Assembly (NCBI GenBank): GCA_032654565.1
Contig: JAULAX010000002.1
Location: 160,001-224,000 of the forward strand
Origin: Anaeromyxobacteraceae bacterium
Lineage (GTDB): Bacteria > Myxococcota > Myxococcia > Myxococcales > Anaeromyxobacteraceae
DNA: 64,000 nucleotides
Reading direction: 5' to 3'
Shown here: in pieces, positions 32,520 through 41,709 of the stretch
Layout of the letters: each line of letters begins with the position of its first letter
How positions within the stretch are numbered: the stretch's first letter is position 1
Position numbers and translations under genes: made by a program
Notes under the pieces: model-generated
Told to the model about the DNA's origin: nothing
The model's input: only the letters and a program-made list of their open reading frames with translations
Databases searched by the model: none

Positions 32520-34184
32520 ATGCTGGTGAAGCCACCCACGGTGCGGCTCGCCGGCCTGGTCGCGGCCGCGCTGCTGGCCTGCGCCTGCGGCGGCTCCAGC
32601 ACGCCGCCGGGCCCCACCATCACCCCCAACACCCAGGGGTGGTGGCGCAGCCAGGTCGGCTACGAGCTCTTCGTCCGCAGCTTCGCCGACTCCGACGGGG
32701 ACGGCACAGGCGACTTCCGGGGGCTGACCGCCCACCTCGACGCCCTCAACGACGGGAAGGGGCCGGCCAGCACCAACTCGCTGGGGGTCGACTTCGTCTG
32801 GCTGATGCCGGTCTTCCCGTCGCCCAGCTACCACGGGTACGACGTGTCCGACTACCGGTCCATCAACCCCGACTACGGCACCCTCGACGACTTCAAGGCC
32901 TTCGTGGCGGCCGCCCACCAGCGCGGCATCAAGGTGGTGCTGGACATGGTGCTGAACCACTCCTCGTCGCTGCACCCGTGGTTCGTCTCCTCCCGCCTGG
33001 GGCCGGTCTCCGCCACCTCCGGCTGGTACGTCTGGCGGCCGGTCGACCCGGGCTGGCTGAGCCCGGTGGGAAGCGGCAACGCCTTCCGCTACGCCGGCCC
33101 CGCTCCCGGCTATTACTACGCGGTCTTCGGCGCCGACATGCCCGACCTCAACCTGCTCAACCCGGCCGTGGAGCAGGAGCTGGTCGACTCCATGAAGTAC
33201 TGGCTGTCGCTCGGCGTCGACGGCTTCCGGCTCGACGCCGTCCGCTACTTCGTCGAGGGGCCCGGGGGCAACTTCAACGACCTGGTGGACCAGCCCGGCA
33301 CCCACGCCTTCCTCCGGCGCATCCGCGCCGCGCTCCAGGCCACCTACCCGAACACCCTGCTGGTCGCCGAGGCCTGGGCCATGCCGGAGGTGACCGCCAG
33401 CTACTACGGCGCCGGCGACGAGGCCCAGCTGGCCTTCTCCTTCGACCTGTCGACCGGGATCCTCGACGCCTCGCAGTCGGGGAGCACGGTCGGGCTGGTC
33501 ACCGCCCTCGCCCGCTTCGAGGCGGCGCTGGCCGGCAAGGACCGCGGCTTCGAGGCCCCCATCGTCTCCAACCACGACATCGGCCGGGCCATGCGACGGC
33601 TCTCCGGCCAGGTCCCCCAGGCGCGCCTGGCCACCGCCACGCTGCTGGCCATGCCCGGCACCCCGTTCATCTACTACGGGGACGAGATCGGCATGCAGGG
33701 GGGGGACAGCGATCCGCAGAAGCGCACCCCGTACCACTGGAACGCCACCGGCCCCGGCTACGGCTTCACCACCAGGGCCACCACCTGGTACGAGGACCGC
33801 AACGGCGTGGCCCGGCCGGTCGAGGCGGCCGGGGTCGACCTGGAGTCGCAGCGCGCCGACCCGGCCTCGCTCTGGAACCTGCACCGCTCGCTCATCGCGC
33901 TGCGCCACGCCCAGGCCCCGCTGGCCACCGGCGACGCCACCCGGCCGGCGGTCACCGGGGGCGGCGCCGGCGCCTTCGCCCTGCTCCGGACCGCCGCCGG
34001 GAAGCGGGTCCTCTTCGTGGCCAACTACGCCGTCGCCGCCAGCGGCCCCTTCACCGTGGCCGTGGCCGGCACGCCGGGGGTCCTGCTCGACGGCGGCCTG
34101 AGCGGCGCGCCCACCCTCGCCGCCGGCGCGCTCACCTTCCCCGGACTGGCCGGCCAGTCCTTCGCCTTCCTGTCGCTCGACTGA
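32520..34184 (+). CDS. GH13 alpha-amylase lipoprotein
   Basis: Lipobox LACAC; FVRSFADSDGDG.GD, SYHGYD, DMVLNH, DGFRLDA, VAEAW, SNHD, YYGDEIG. Confidence 0.92.
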   Translation: MLVKPPTVRLAGLVAAALLACACGGSSTPPGPTITPNTQGWWRSQVGYELFVRSFADSDGDGTGDFRGLTAHLDALNDGKGPASTNSLGVDFVWLMPVFPSPSYHGYDVSDYRSINPDYGTLDDFKAFVAAAHQRGIKVVLDMVLNHSSSLHPWFVSSRLGPVSATSGWYVWRPVDPGWLSPVGSGNAFRYAGPAPGYYYAVFGADMPDLNLLNPAVEQELVDSMKYWLSLGVDGFRLDAVRYFVEGPGGNFNDLVDQPGTHAFLRRIRAALQATYPNTLLVAEAWAMPEVTASYYGAGDEAQLAFSFDLSTGILDASQSGSTVGLVTALARFEAALAGKDRGFEAPIVSNHDIGRAMRRLSGQVPQARLATATLLAMPGTPFIYYGDEIGMQGGDSDPQKRTPYHWNATGPGYGFTTRATTWYEDRNGVARPVEAAGVDLESQRADPASLWNLHRSLIALRHAQAPLATGDATRPAVTGGGAGAFALLRTAAGKRVLFVANYAVAASGPFTVAVAGTPGVLLDGGLSGAPTLAAGALTFPGLAGQSFAFLSLD

Positions 34185-34210
34185 ACCAACCGATCGCCCT
34201 GGAGCCCCGC

Positions 34211-35068
34211 ATGGTCACGCCCCTCCGCCCCCTCCTCGCCGCCCTGGCCCTCCTCGGCCCCGCCGCCACCCTGGCCGTCGACCCGGCCGCCACCTGCGAC
34301 GCCAAGGGTGGCTTCAAGTTCACCGACCCGGCCGGCGACGACAAGGGGCCGGGCACCTACGTCTACCCGACCGACGCCGTCTACAAGCCCGGCTCCTTCG
34401 ACCTCACCGAGCTCGAGGTGGTGCCGCGCGGCGACCAGGTCGAGTTCCGCATCACCGTCAAGTCGCGCATCGAGGACCCCTGGGACAGCGCCGCCTGGGG
34501 CGGCAACGGCTTCTCGGTGCAGATGGCCGCCATCCACATCGACACCGATCACGTGAAGGGCAGCGGCGTCCGCGACGGCCTGCCCGGCTTCAACGTGCGC
34601 TTCGCCGAGGAGGAGGCCTGGGACAAGGTGGTCATCGTCTCCCCCCAGGGGCCGACCCGGGTGAACTCGGAGGTCGACTCGAAGTGCCCGCAGTGGAAGG
34701 ACCGGATCGTGGTCCCCAAGATCACCCGCGCCCAGGGCCGGACGCTGGTGGCCACCGTCGACGCCAAGCAGCTGGGCGGCACGCCGCAGCCGGGCTGGGG
34801 CTACCAGGTGCTCATGCAGTCGAACGAGGGCTTCCCGGCCAAGACCGACCTGCTCACCCGCAAGGTGAACGAGTCCGAGGGACAGCACCGCTTCGGCGGC
34901 GGCACCGACTACGACAACGACCCGCACGTCCTCGACCTCATCGTGCCCGGGGGCGGCGACGCGGCCAAGAAGCAGTACGAGCTCCTCTCCAAGTACAACA
35001 AGACCACCACCGAGCCGAAGCCCGAGGACCTGGCGGTGGTGCCGATGGTCTACCCGTGCGCCAAGTGA
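34211..35068 (+). CDS. Secreted stand-alone glucodextranase DOMON-like (Glucodextran_C) protein
   Basis: Signal peptide; DPAGDDKGPGTYVYPT...FDL; GFSVQ..IHIDT. Confidence 0.8.
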   Translation: MVTPLRPLLAALALLGPAATLAVDPAATCDAKGGFKFTDPAGDDKGPGTYVYPTDAVYKPGSFDLTELEVVPRGDQVEFRITVKSRIEDPWDSAAWGGNGFSVQMAAIHIDTDHVKGSGVRDGLPGFNVRFAEEEAWDKVVIVSPQGPTRVNSEVDSKCPQWKDRIVVPKITRAQGRTLVATVDAKQLGGTPQPGWGYQVLMQSNEGFPAKTDLLTRKVNESEGQHRFGGGTDYDNDPHVLDLIVPGGGDAAKKQYELLSKYNKTTTEPKPEDLAVVPMVYPCAK

Positions 35069-35076
35069 GGGCCGCC

Positions 35077-37074
35077 ATGACGAGCGCTTGGAGACTGGGG
35101 CTGCTGGCGGGGACCACCGGGCTCGCCCTGGCGGCCGCGCCGGCCCGTGCCGACACCGTCAACTTCGACCTGAGCGGCAAGATCTACACGAAGTACATGT
35201 ACAAGAACGACAACACCCAGGGCTGCCTGTCGATGTCCAACCCGTTCTGGGTGGACAACATCCAGGGGTCCAACGGCGCCTGCACCGAGTTCGAGCTGAC
35301 CATGAAGGCCCGGGTGGGGCCGAAGGTGAGCGCCGGCGTCCGGCTGCAGAGCCGCTGGGGCATGATGTGGCAGGACTGGTGGGAGAACGGCGACATGAAG
35401 CCGGGCGTCTCCGACACCTCCGGCGAGAGCCTGGGCATGAACCACGCCCAGTACATCAAGCTCCGCGGCGCCTACGCGCGGCTGGCGCCGCCCATCCCCA
35501 CCGTGAAGTGGATCACCATCGGCTCCACCGACTACTCGATGTGGAACGAGTGGACCATCGGCAAGGCCCGCTACATCGACCGGGACAACGGCAGCGGCGT
35601 CTTCGTCGAGGGTGAGCTGCTCCCGGCGAAGCGGCTCTCCTACACCACCGGCGCCATGGCCCTCCCCAAGCTCTGGGCCGGTCCGGGCTGGCAGACCGGC
35701 ATCCCCGGCGACGCCAGCGGCGGCGGCGGCGACACCAAGGCCGGCCTCTACGGGACCGACTGGGCCTTCGCGGCCAAGCTGGAGAGCCAGGTCAGCGACG
35801 ACCTCCGGCTCAAGCTCATCGGCAGCCTGATCCAGGACTGGGAGGCCGACCGGAACAGCCCCTTCCTCACCACCGGACCGTCCAGCGCGGCGCGCGGCGC
35901 CGATCACTCGGTGGCGCTCGCCACCCGCTTCCGCGGCGTCAACGCCACGCTCGACGGCGCCTGGACCCCCGGCTCACTGGAGTTCCTCTCCATCTCCGGC
36001 CTGGCGGCCTACTCCTCCAACTACGTCAACCCCGACTACGCCACCAACATGGTCCGCAACGGCCAGGGCTTCTCCCCGGTGGTCTTCAAGGTCGACGGAA
36101 GGGGCCAGGCGGTGGCCTCCAACGGCGCGGCCGGCAAGCTGCTGGTCGAGCTCTTCGACCCGCTGCGGAACGGCCTCTCCGCCAAGGTCGAGGGCTTCTA
36201 CATCGGGTCCGAGTACAACGCCATCATGGGGGCCCGGCGTGAGGCCGACGTGCTCCTCACCGACGGCATCATCACCGGCGGCTTCACCCGCGGCGGCCAG
36301 CTGCCCACCCTCAACGTCGCCAACGAGTTCCAGGACTGGGACGAGCCCTGGTACGAGACCTGTATCGGCTGGCAGGGCGCGACGGTGCTGCTGGAGTACG
36401 TCAGCGGCGGCCTCAAGACCACGCTCGAGGGCACCGCCATCGGCTACAACACCAACAAGCAGAACCGGGACGTCAGCAACCAGTACCCGGACTTCCTCTA
36501 CCCGAACGGCTTCACCGACACCACGGCGTACACGGCCGACGCCGACTACGCCAACAAGTACGCCCGCGGCAAGGATCCCCGCAGCGTCTACGCCCGCTTC
36601 CAGGATCGCTTCACCTCCCTCGCCGTCCTCAACGCCCAGTACGCCGTCTCCGCCCCGGGGAACCCGGTGCTGAGCGGGAAGGCCAAGTACGTCCACGACT
36701 CCGACGGCCGCAACAAGGCCTTCGTCGACCCGGGCACCGGCCAGGTGACGCCCAAGGGCGACGACTACCTGGGCAAGGCGCTGATGTTCATGCTGGCGGC
36801 CACCGTGCAGCCCACCAGCGAGCTCAAGCTCTCGGCGGGCTACGAGTACAGCACCTGGACCGAGAAGAACCGGGTCGGGTCGCAGTCGGCCGGTTACTAC
36901 GACGACGACACCCGGCGCCACACCGTCCACGCCGGCCTGAACTACGCCTTCGGCGGCGCGCTGCTCGGCTACTCCCTGGAGTACTTCCACAAGAACCTGC
37001 TCCGGCAGGCCCCCAACTACGACATGGTCTGGAACGTCTGGCGCTCGAAGGCCACGTTCGAGGTGGCATGGTGA
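35077..37074 (+). CDS. Uncharacterised outer-membrane beta-barrel; candidate maltodextrin channel
   Basis: Signal peptide ending ARA; aromatic-rich amphipathic strands; C-terminal KATFEVAW beta-signal; inside the starch operon. Confidence 0.7.
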   Translation: MTSAWRLGLLAGTTGLALAAAPARADTVNFDLSGKIYTKYMYKNDNTQGCLSMSNPFWVDNIQGSNGACTEFELTMKARVGPKVSAGVRLQSRWGMMWQDWWENGDMKPGVSDTSGESLGMNHAQYIKLRGAYARLAPPIPTVKWITIGSTDYSMWNEWTIGKARYIDRDNGSGVFVEGELLPAKRLSYTTGAMALPKLWAGPGWQTGIPGDASGGGGDTKAGLYGTDWAFAAKLESQVSDDLRLKLIGSLIQDWEADRNSPFLTTGPSSAARGADHSVALATRFRGVNATLDGAWTPGSLEFLSISGLAAYSSNYVNPDYATNMVRNGQGFSPVVFKVDGRGQAVASNGAAGKLLVELFDPLRNGLSAKVEGFYIGSEYNAIMGARREADVLLTDGIITGGFTRGGQLPTLNVANEFQDWDEPWYETCIGWQGATVLLEYVSGGLKTTLEGTAIGYNTNKQNRDVSNQYPDFLYPNGFTDTTAYTADADYANKYARGKDPRSVYARFQDRFTSLAVLNAQYAVSAPGNPVLSGKAKYVHDSDGRNKAFVDPGTGQVTPKGDDYLGKALMFMLAATVQPTSELKLSAGYEYSTWTEKNRVGSQSAGYYDDDTRRHTVHAGLNYAFGGALLGYSLEYFHKNLLRQAPNYDMVWNVWRSKATFEVAW

Positions 37075-38477
37075 TGCGCACCCAACTCTTCGTCGGAATC
37101 GCCGCGCTCGCCGCCCTGACCGGCTGCGGGCTGGAGAACATCTTCGGGAACGCCGGCCACGCGCCCTACGACCGGCCCGCCTCGCGCATCACCGGGACCC
37201 TGCAGGAGGGCGTCCCCGCCACCAGGCTGGCGGTGCTGGACGGCGCCGGGAACGGGCTGGAGCCCTTCCAGGTGACCGCGGGAGGCGGCGGCTACGAGAT
37301 CCGCCTCCCCTCATCCAAGTACGCCTTCATCCGGATCCAGGGGCGCGGCGGCAACGCCCAGTGGCGCGCCCTGGTCCCCTTCGTCGGGGAGGAGTCCTCG
37401 ACCGTGGAGAACCTGGACGCCCGGTCGCTGACCGAGGTGCTCCTGGTGGAGGCCTGGCTGGGCGCCAGGGGGAAGAAGTTCCTCCAGCTCAATCCGGCGG
37501 CCCACCTCGGCGACGGCTTGACCAGCGGCACCCGGACCCTGATCCGGCGCGACATGGACACCGCGGGGACGCCGACGGCGCAGCTCCTCGGCATGGTCAC
37601 CAGGGTCCTCACCCGGGTCAACCTCTCGGCCGGCTCCGTCGACCCGGACTTCTTCGGGGTGCCGGAGATGACCGGCTGGACGGTGAAGACCAGCCCCCTC
37701 GGCGCCGGCTTCCTGACCCGCAACCCGCTCGACTACGACTCCGACGGCATCGCCGAGAGCGACAGCGCCAAGTTCGACGCCAAGCTGGCCGAGGCGGCCC
37801 AGCGCTACAACCCGGCCGGCTGCGCCGACCCGAGCCGGGTGCGGGTGCTGTTCACCTCCGACTTCCGGGCCAACAAGCTCGACGGCAACTGCGGCGTCAT
37901 CAACCGCTTCAAGTGGGCGGTGGACAAGCCGGGCAAGTCGATGTTCTTCGTCGGCTGGGTCCACCAGGACTCGCCGGTCCAGGACGACAAGGCCGACCAG
38001 CTGCTCGGCGCCGGAACCCCCAACATGGTCCGCATGTACGACGACGGGACCAACGGCGACGAGGTGGCCGGCGACGGCATCTGGACCGTCAGCTTCGACC
38101 TGCCGCCGGGGCTGCGGGTCGGCTACAAGTACACGTGGGGGACCAGTGGGGCCCCCTGGACCGGCAGCGAGGAGTGGCCGGGCAACTCCCGCCTCCTCGA
38201 GGTGCTCGACGTCGGCCCCATCGACCCGGCCACCGGCCAGGGCGATAACTTCGTCTACCGGCGCGACGTGTTCGGCGACGAGGCCACCAACAAGGACCGC
38301 AGCAACCAGAACGGCTCGTCCGACAAGGGGGCCATCACCTGGACCACCGACATGCACGGCTGCGGACCCGAGGTCCGCGAGCAACCCTTCACCGACGGTA
38401 ACGCTTGCGTGTGTGGCACGTCCTGGCACACGCCGGAGTCCGTGGGGCCCCTCACCGTAGCCTGCACGGGCCCCTGA
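37074..38477 (+). CDS. Lipoprotein with choice-of-anchor X-like domain
   Basis: Lipobox LTGC; MYDDGTNGDEVAGDGIWT; YKYTWG; Cys-rich tail. Confidence 0.7.
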   Translation: MRTQLFVGIAALAALTGCGLENIFGNAGHAPYDRPASRITGTLQEGVPATRLAVLDGAGNGLEPFQVTAGGGGYEIRLPSSKYAFIRIQGRGGNAQWRALVPFVGEESSTVENLDARSLTEVLLVEAWLGARGKKFLQLNPAAHLGDGLTSGTRTLIRRDMDTAGTPTAQLLGMVTRVLTRVNLSAGSVDPDFFGVPEMTGWTVKTSPLGAGFLTRNPLDYDSDGIAESDSAKFDAKLAEAAQRYNPAGCADPSRVRVLFTSDFRANKLDGNCGVINRFKWAVDKPGKSMFFVGWVHQDSPVQDDKADQLLGAGTPNMVRMYDDGTNGDEVAGDGIWTVSFDLPPGLRVGYKYTWGTSGAPWTGSEEWPGNSRLLEVLDVGPIDPATGQGDNFVYRRDVFGDEATNKDRSNQNGSSDKGAITWTTDMHGCGPEVREQPFTDGNACVCGTSWHTPESVGPLTVACTGP

Positions 38478-38529
38478 CCACCGCGCCCGGCAGGTGACCG
38501 GGCGCGCCTCGACACCAAGGAGCATCACA

Positions 38530-39492
38530 ATGAAGCGTCTGACCCTCATCTGCTCGGCCCTGCTCGCCTTCGGGCTGGTGGCCTGCAGCGACACCACCAC
38601 CACCAACATCCCGCCTCCCTGCACCCCGTCCCTCTGGGCCAACAACACCATCCCGCCCTGCACCGTCCCGGTGAACTTCTCCGTCGACGACACCGCCAAC
38701 AAGGCCTTCAAGAACGGCGGCGACATCCTCTGGAAGGGCTCGTTCCAGTACGACGCCCCCCACCGGATCGCCTACAAGGACTCGAGCTGGGGCGGGCCGT
38801 ACGTGCCGCTCTATGACGACGGCCCCTGGACCGGCTGGGTGGACACCTCGGTGACCCCGGCGGTGACCCGCTACGGCCACGAGCCGAAGGGCTCGTTCGC
38901 CAAGGACAACATCTGGGGCGCCACCGTCTTCGTCTATCCCCCGGCCACCGGCACCGACACCTGGGAGTACGGCCTGGTCGACAACCTCTACGAGATCTTC
39001 CACGGCAACGGCTGGATGTGGAAGGGCGCCAACGGCACCTTCACGGTGGCCGCCAACGCCACCGCCCCCGTCGACGCGCTCGGCATGACCATCGCCAAGT
39101 TCGGCGACGTCGACTTCCGGCTCGAGCTCGACTCCGCCAACCTGGCGGTCAAGGCGCCGCCCTTCACCACGGCCACCTCGGTCAAGGTGAAGAGCTCGAT
39201 CTGGGGCTGGGGCGAGTACCCGCTGGTCAGCGTCGGCGGCGGCATCTACTCGCTGACCCTCTCGCAGAACTTCGGCCCCGGGACCCAGTTCCCGCACACC
39301 GGCCTCCTCAAGTCGGCCGACAAGCCCGAGTTCGTCTTCGTCCTCGACGGCGCAGAGTACAAGGTCTCCTCGGTGCCGCCGACCACGGGCGTCAAGGCCT
39401 TCACCAAGGCGGCCGCCGCCGGCTCCCTCTGGGTCGAGCAGACGGTCGTCAACCTGGTCAGCAACGGCAACACCTCGATCACCGTTCCGTAG
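38530..39492 (+). CDS. Beta-rich lipoprotein, putative carbohydrate-binding
   Basis: AGGAG SD; lipobox LVAC; LYDDGPW...GHEP.G...DNIWG; Trp/Tyr-rich. Confidence 0.7.
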   Translation: MKRLTLICSALLAFGLVACSDTTTTNIPPPCTPSLWANNTIPPCTVPVNFSVDDTANKAFKNGGDILWKGSFQYDAPHRIAYKDSSWGGPYVPLYDDGPWTGWVDTSVTPAVTRYGHEPKGSFAKDNIWGATVFVYPPATGTDTWEYGLVDNLYEIFHGNGWMWKGANGTFTVAANATAPVDALGMTIAKFGDVDFRLELDSANLAVKAPPFTTATSVKVKSSIWGWGEYPLVSVGGGIYSLTLSQNFGPGTQFPHTGLLKSADKPEFVFVLDGAEYKVSSVPPTTGVKAFTKAAAAGSLWVEQTVVNLVSNGNTSITVP

Positions 39493-39507
39493 CCGCTGTT
39501 CGCATCC

Positions 39508-39550
39508 CGGGGCCGGCGGGGGATCACCTCCGCCGGCCCCGTCTCATTTT
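39508..39550 (+). terminator. Strong intra-operon hairpin (partial terminator or mRNA stabiliser)
   Basis: CGGGGCCGGCGG...CCGCCGGCCCCG 12-bp stem followed by TCTCATTTT. Confidence 0.55.
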
Positions 39551-39565
39551 CCCCGGGGGACTCAC

Positions 39566-40807
39566 ATGCGCCTCGCCGCGCTCTCGCTGCTCCTCGCCGC
39601 CCTGGTCACGCCCGCCCCGGCCATCGCCGGGCGCCCCGTCCAGGTGGTCTCCTTCGAGGACGACGCCCACGACGCCACCGGCCCCGGCAGCTACACGCCG
39701 CCGGGCGACACCGCCTTCCAGGAGGGCGACTTCGACCTGCGCCGCTTCGCCGTGCTCACCGACGGTGACGATGTCCTCTTCGTGGTGACCCTCGGCGCCG
39801 CCATCCGCACCCCGTCGGTCACCGCCCAGTCCGGATCGACGCCGCTCGAGCTCTCGAACGGCCTCTACCTGCAGAACATCGACATCTACCTCGACACCGA
39901 CCCCACGCCCGGCGCCGGCTCCTCCGCCTGCATCCCGGGGCGGCGGGTGACCTTCGCCGACGGCCGCACCTGGGAGGCGGCGGTGGTGCTGACGCCCCGG
40001 CCCGGCCCGGCGCGGGCCGTCACCGAGGACGCCCTGGGGCGCCTCGCCGACCGGGTGCACTTCGCCGAGCGGCTGCTGGTCCAGGGGCGCACCCTCACCG
40101 CCCGGGTCCCGGCCGCGTGGCTCGGTGGCTTCCCCCAGCCTGGCTGGGGCTACTCGGTCCACGTCTCCGGCGCCAGCTGGGAGCAGAGCTACGGCGTCAC
40201 CAGCCGCTTCCGGGGGACGCACGAGCCGGACGCCTTCACCATGCCGGTGCTGACCACGCCCGAGGCCTTCGCCTTCGGCGGAGCGCCCATGGGCTCGGCC
40301 CACCCGCGCGTGGTCGACGTGCTGCTGCCGCCCGGCGCCGACCAGGCCGCGGTGCTCGGCTCCTTCGACGCCCGCAGCGGCGCCTTCGCCCGCGTCCCCT
40401 TCGTCTACGGCAGGCCGCCCGGCCCGGCCCCGGCCACCGCGGCGCTCCCCGAGGGCACCCCACCGTCGGCCGCACCCGCCCCATACCAGGTGGTCGACGT
40501 CTCCGGCACCATGATCAGCCTCTCCGGGCCGGGCAAGGAGCTCAAGGCCATGCAGCTCGGCGTCGTGCTCGGATCGAAGGGCGAGCCGGTGGCGCGGCTG
40601 GTGATCATCCAGGTGATGGAGAAGGGGGCGGTGGCCAGCGCCGTGGACGGCGTCGATCGGATCGTGCCCGGGTCCCGGATCCGCTTCGAGCCTCCGCCCC
40701 GGACGGCGCCGCTGGCCTCGCCGCCCGCGTCGCTGCCCGCCCCACCGCCCGGCCCCGTCGAGGGGCCTGCCGAGGCGCCGCGCCCGCCCGCCCCGACTAC
40801 CCCTTGA
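39566..40807 (+). CDS. Second secreted glucodextranase DOMON-like protein with small C-terminal beta domain
   Basis: DDAHDATGPGSYTPP...FDL; LQNIDIYLDT; Pro-rich linker and tail. Confidence 0.75.
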   Translation: MRLAALSLLLAALVTPAPAIAGRPVQVVSFEDDAHDATGPGSYTPPGDTAFQEGDFDLRRFAVLTDGDDVLFVVTLGAAIRTPSVTAQSGSTPLELSNGLYLQNIDIYLDTDPTPGAGSSACIPGRRVTFADGRTWEAAVVLTPRPGPARAVTEDALGRLADRVHFAERLLVQGRTLTARVPAAWLGGFPQPGWGYSVHVSGASWEQSYGVTSRFRGTHEPDAFTMPVLTTPEAFAFGGAPMGSAHPRVVDVLLPPGADQAAVLGSFDARSGAFARVPFVYGRPPGPAPATAALPEGTPPSAAPAPYQVVDVSGTMISLSGPGKELKAMQLGVVLGSKGEPVARLVIIQVMEKGAVASAVDGVDRIVPGSRIRFEPPPRTAPLASPPASLPAPPPGPVEGPAEAPRPPAPTTP

Positions 40808-41678
40808 CGCTGCCGGCGGTCAGGCCGCCGACCAGGTACTTCTGCAGGTAGAGGAAGAGCACCACCACCGGGATGGAGACGATGATCGATCCGGCGGCGA
40901 AGTAGCCCCACTGCTGCTGGAAGCCGCCCACGAAGAACCGCAGCGCCACCGGCGCCGTGTACATGTTCTCCTGGTCCATGAAGGTGGCGGCCAGGATGAA
41001 CTCGTTCCAGGCGGTCATGAAGGAGAAGAGCGCGGTGATGGCGATGGCCGGCAGCGCCAGCGGCAGCACGATGCGCCAGAAGATCATCCCCGGCCCCGCC
41101 CCCTCGATGATGGCCGCCTCCTCCAGCTCCTTGGGGATGGTGTCGAAGTAGCCCTTGAGCATCCAGACCGAGAAGGGGATCGAGGTGGTGGCGTAGACGA
41201 TGATCAGCCCCAGCCGCGTCGAGCCCAGCCCCAGCCACTGCACGATGATGATGTAGAGCGGGATGAGCGTGAGCACGCCGGGGAACATCTGCGACACCAG
41301 GAAGGCCATCATGCCGGCCCGCCGCCCCGGGAACTTGAAGCGGGAGAAGGCGTAGGCCGCGGTGCAGGAGAGGAAGACGCCCACCAGCGTGGTGGCCAGG
41401 GCCACCGCCATGCTGTTGAGCACCCAGCGGGCGAAGGGCTGGTCATTGAAGACCGAGACGAAGTTGGCCGTCGACCACTGGGCCGGCCACGGGGTCACGG
41501 CGCGGAGCCGGTCCAGGAAGCCGGGCTCGGCCGGCAGGTCGGCGATGGCCAGGCTCTGCTTGCCGGAGAAGGCGATGGTGACCACCCAGAGCACCGGGTA
41601 GACGGTGTAGAGCACCACCAGCGCCAGGAAGGCGTGGAGCAGCCCGTGCGGCACCTTCTCTTCGCGCGCGCCGGACAT
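40797..41678 (-). CDS. malG: Maltose/maltodextrin ABC permease
   Basis: AYAFSRFKFPG, QMFP, KGYFDTIPKELEEAA, AWNEF, GLTAGSVKG. Confidence 0.92.
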   Translation of the reverse strand: MSGAREEKVPHGLLHAFLALVVLYTVYPVLWVVTIAFSGKQSLAIADLPAEPGFLDRLRAVTPWPAQWSTANFVSVFNDQPFARWVLNSMAVALATTLVGVFLSCTAAYAFSRFKFPGRRAGMMAFLVSQMFPGVLTLIPLYIIIVQWLGLGSTRLGLIIVYATTSIPFSVWMLKGYFDTIPKELEEAAIIEGAGPGMIFWRIVLPLALPAIAITALFSFMTAWNEFILAATFMDQENMYTAPVALRFFVGGFQQQWGYFAAGSIIVSIPVVVLFLYLQKYLVGGLTAGSVKG

Positions 41679-41709
41679 CAGTGCTCCTTCCCTGGCCGGA
41701 GGCGGTCCA

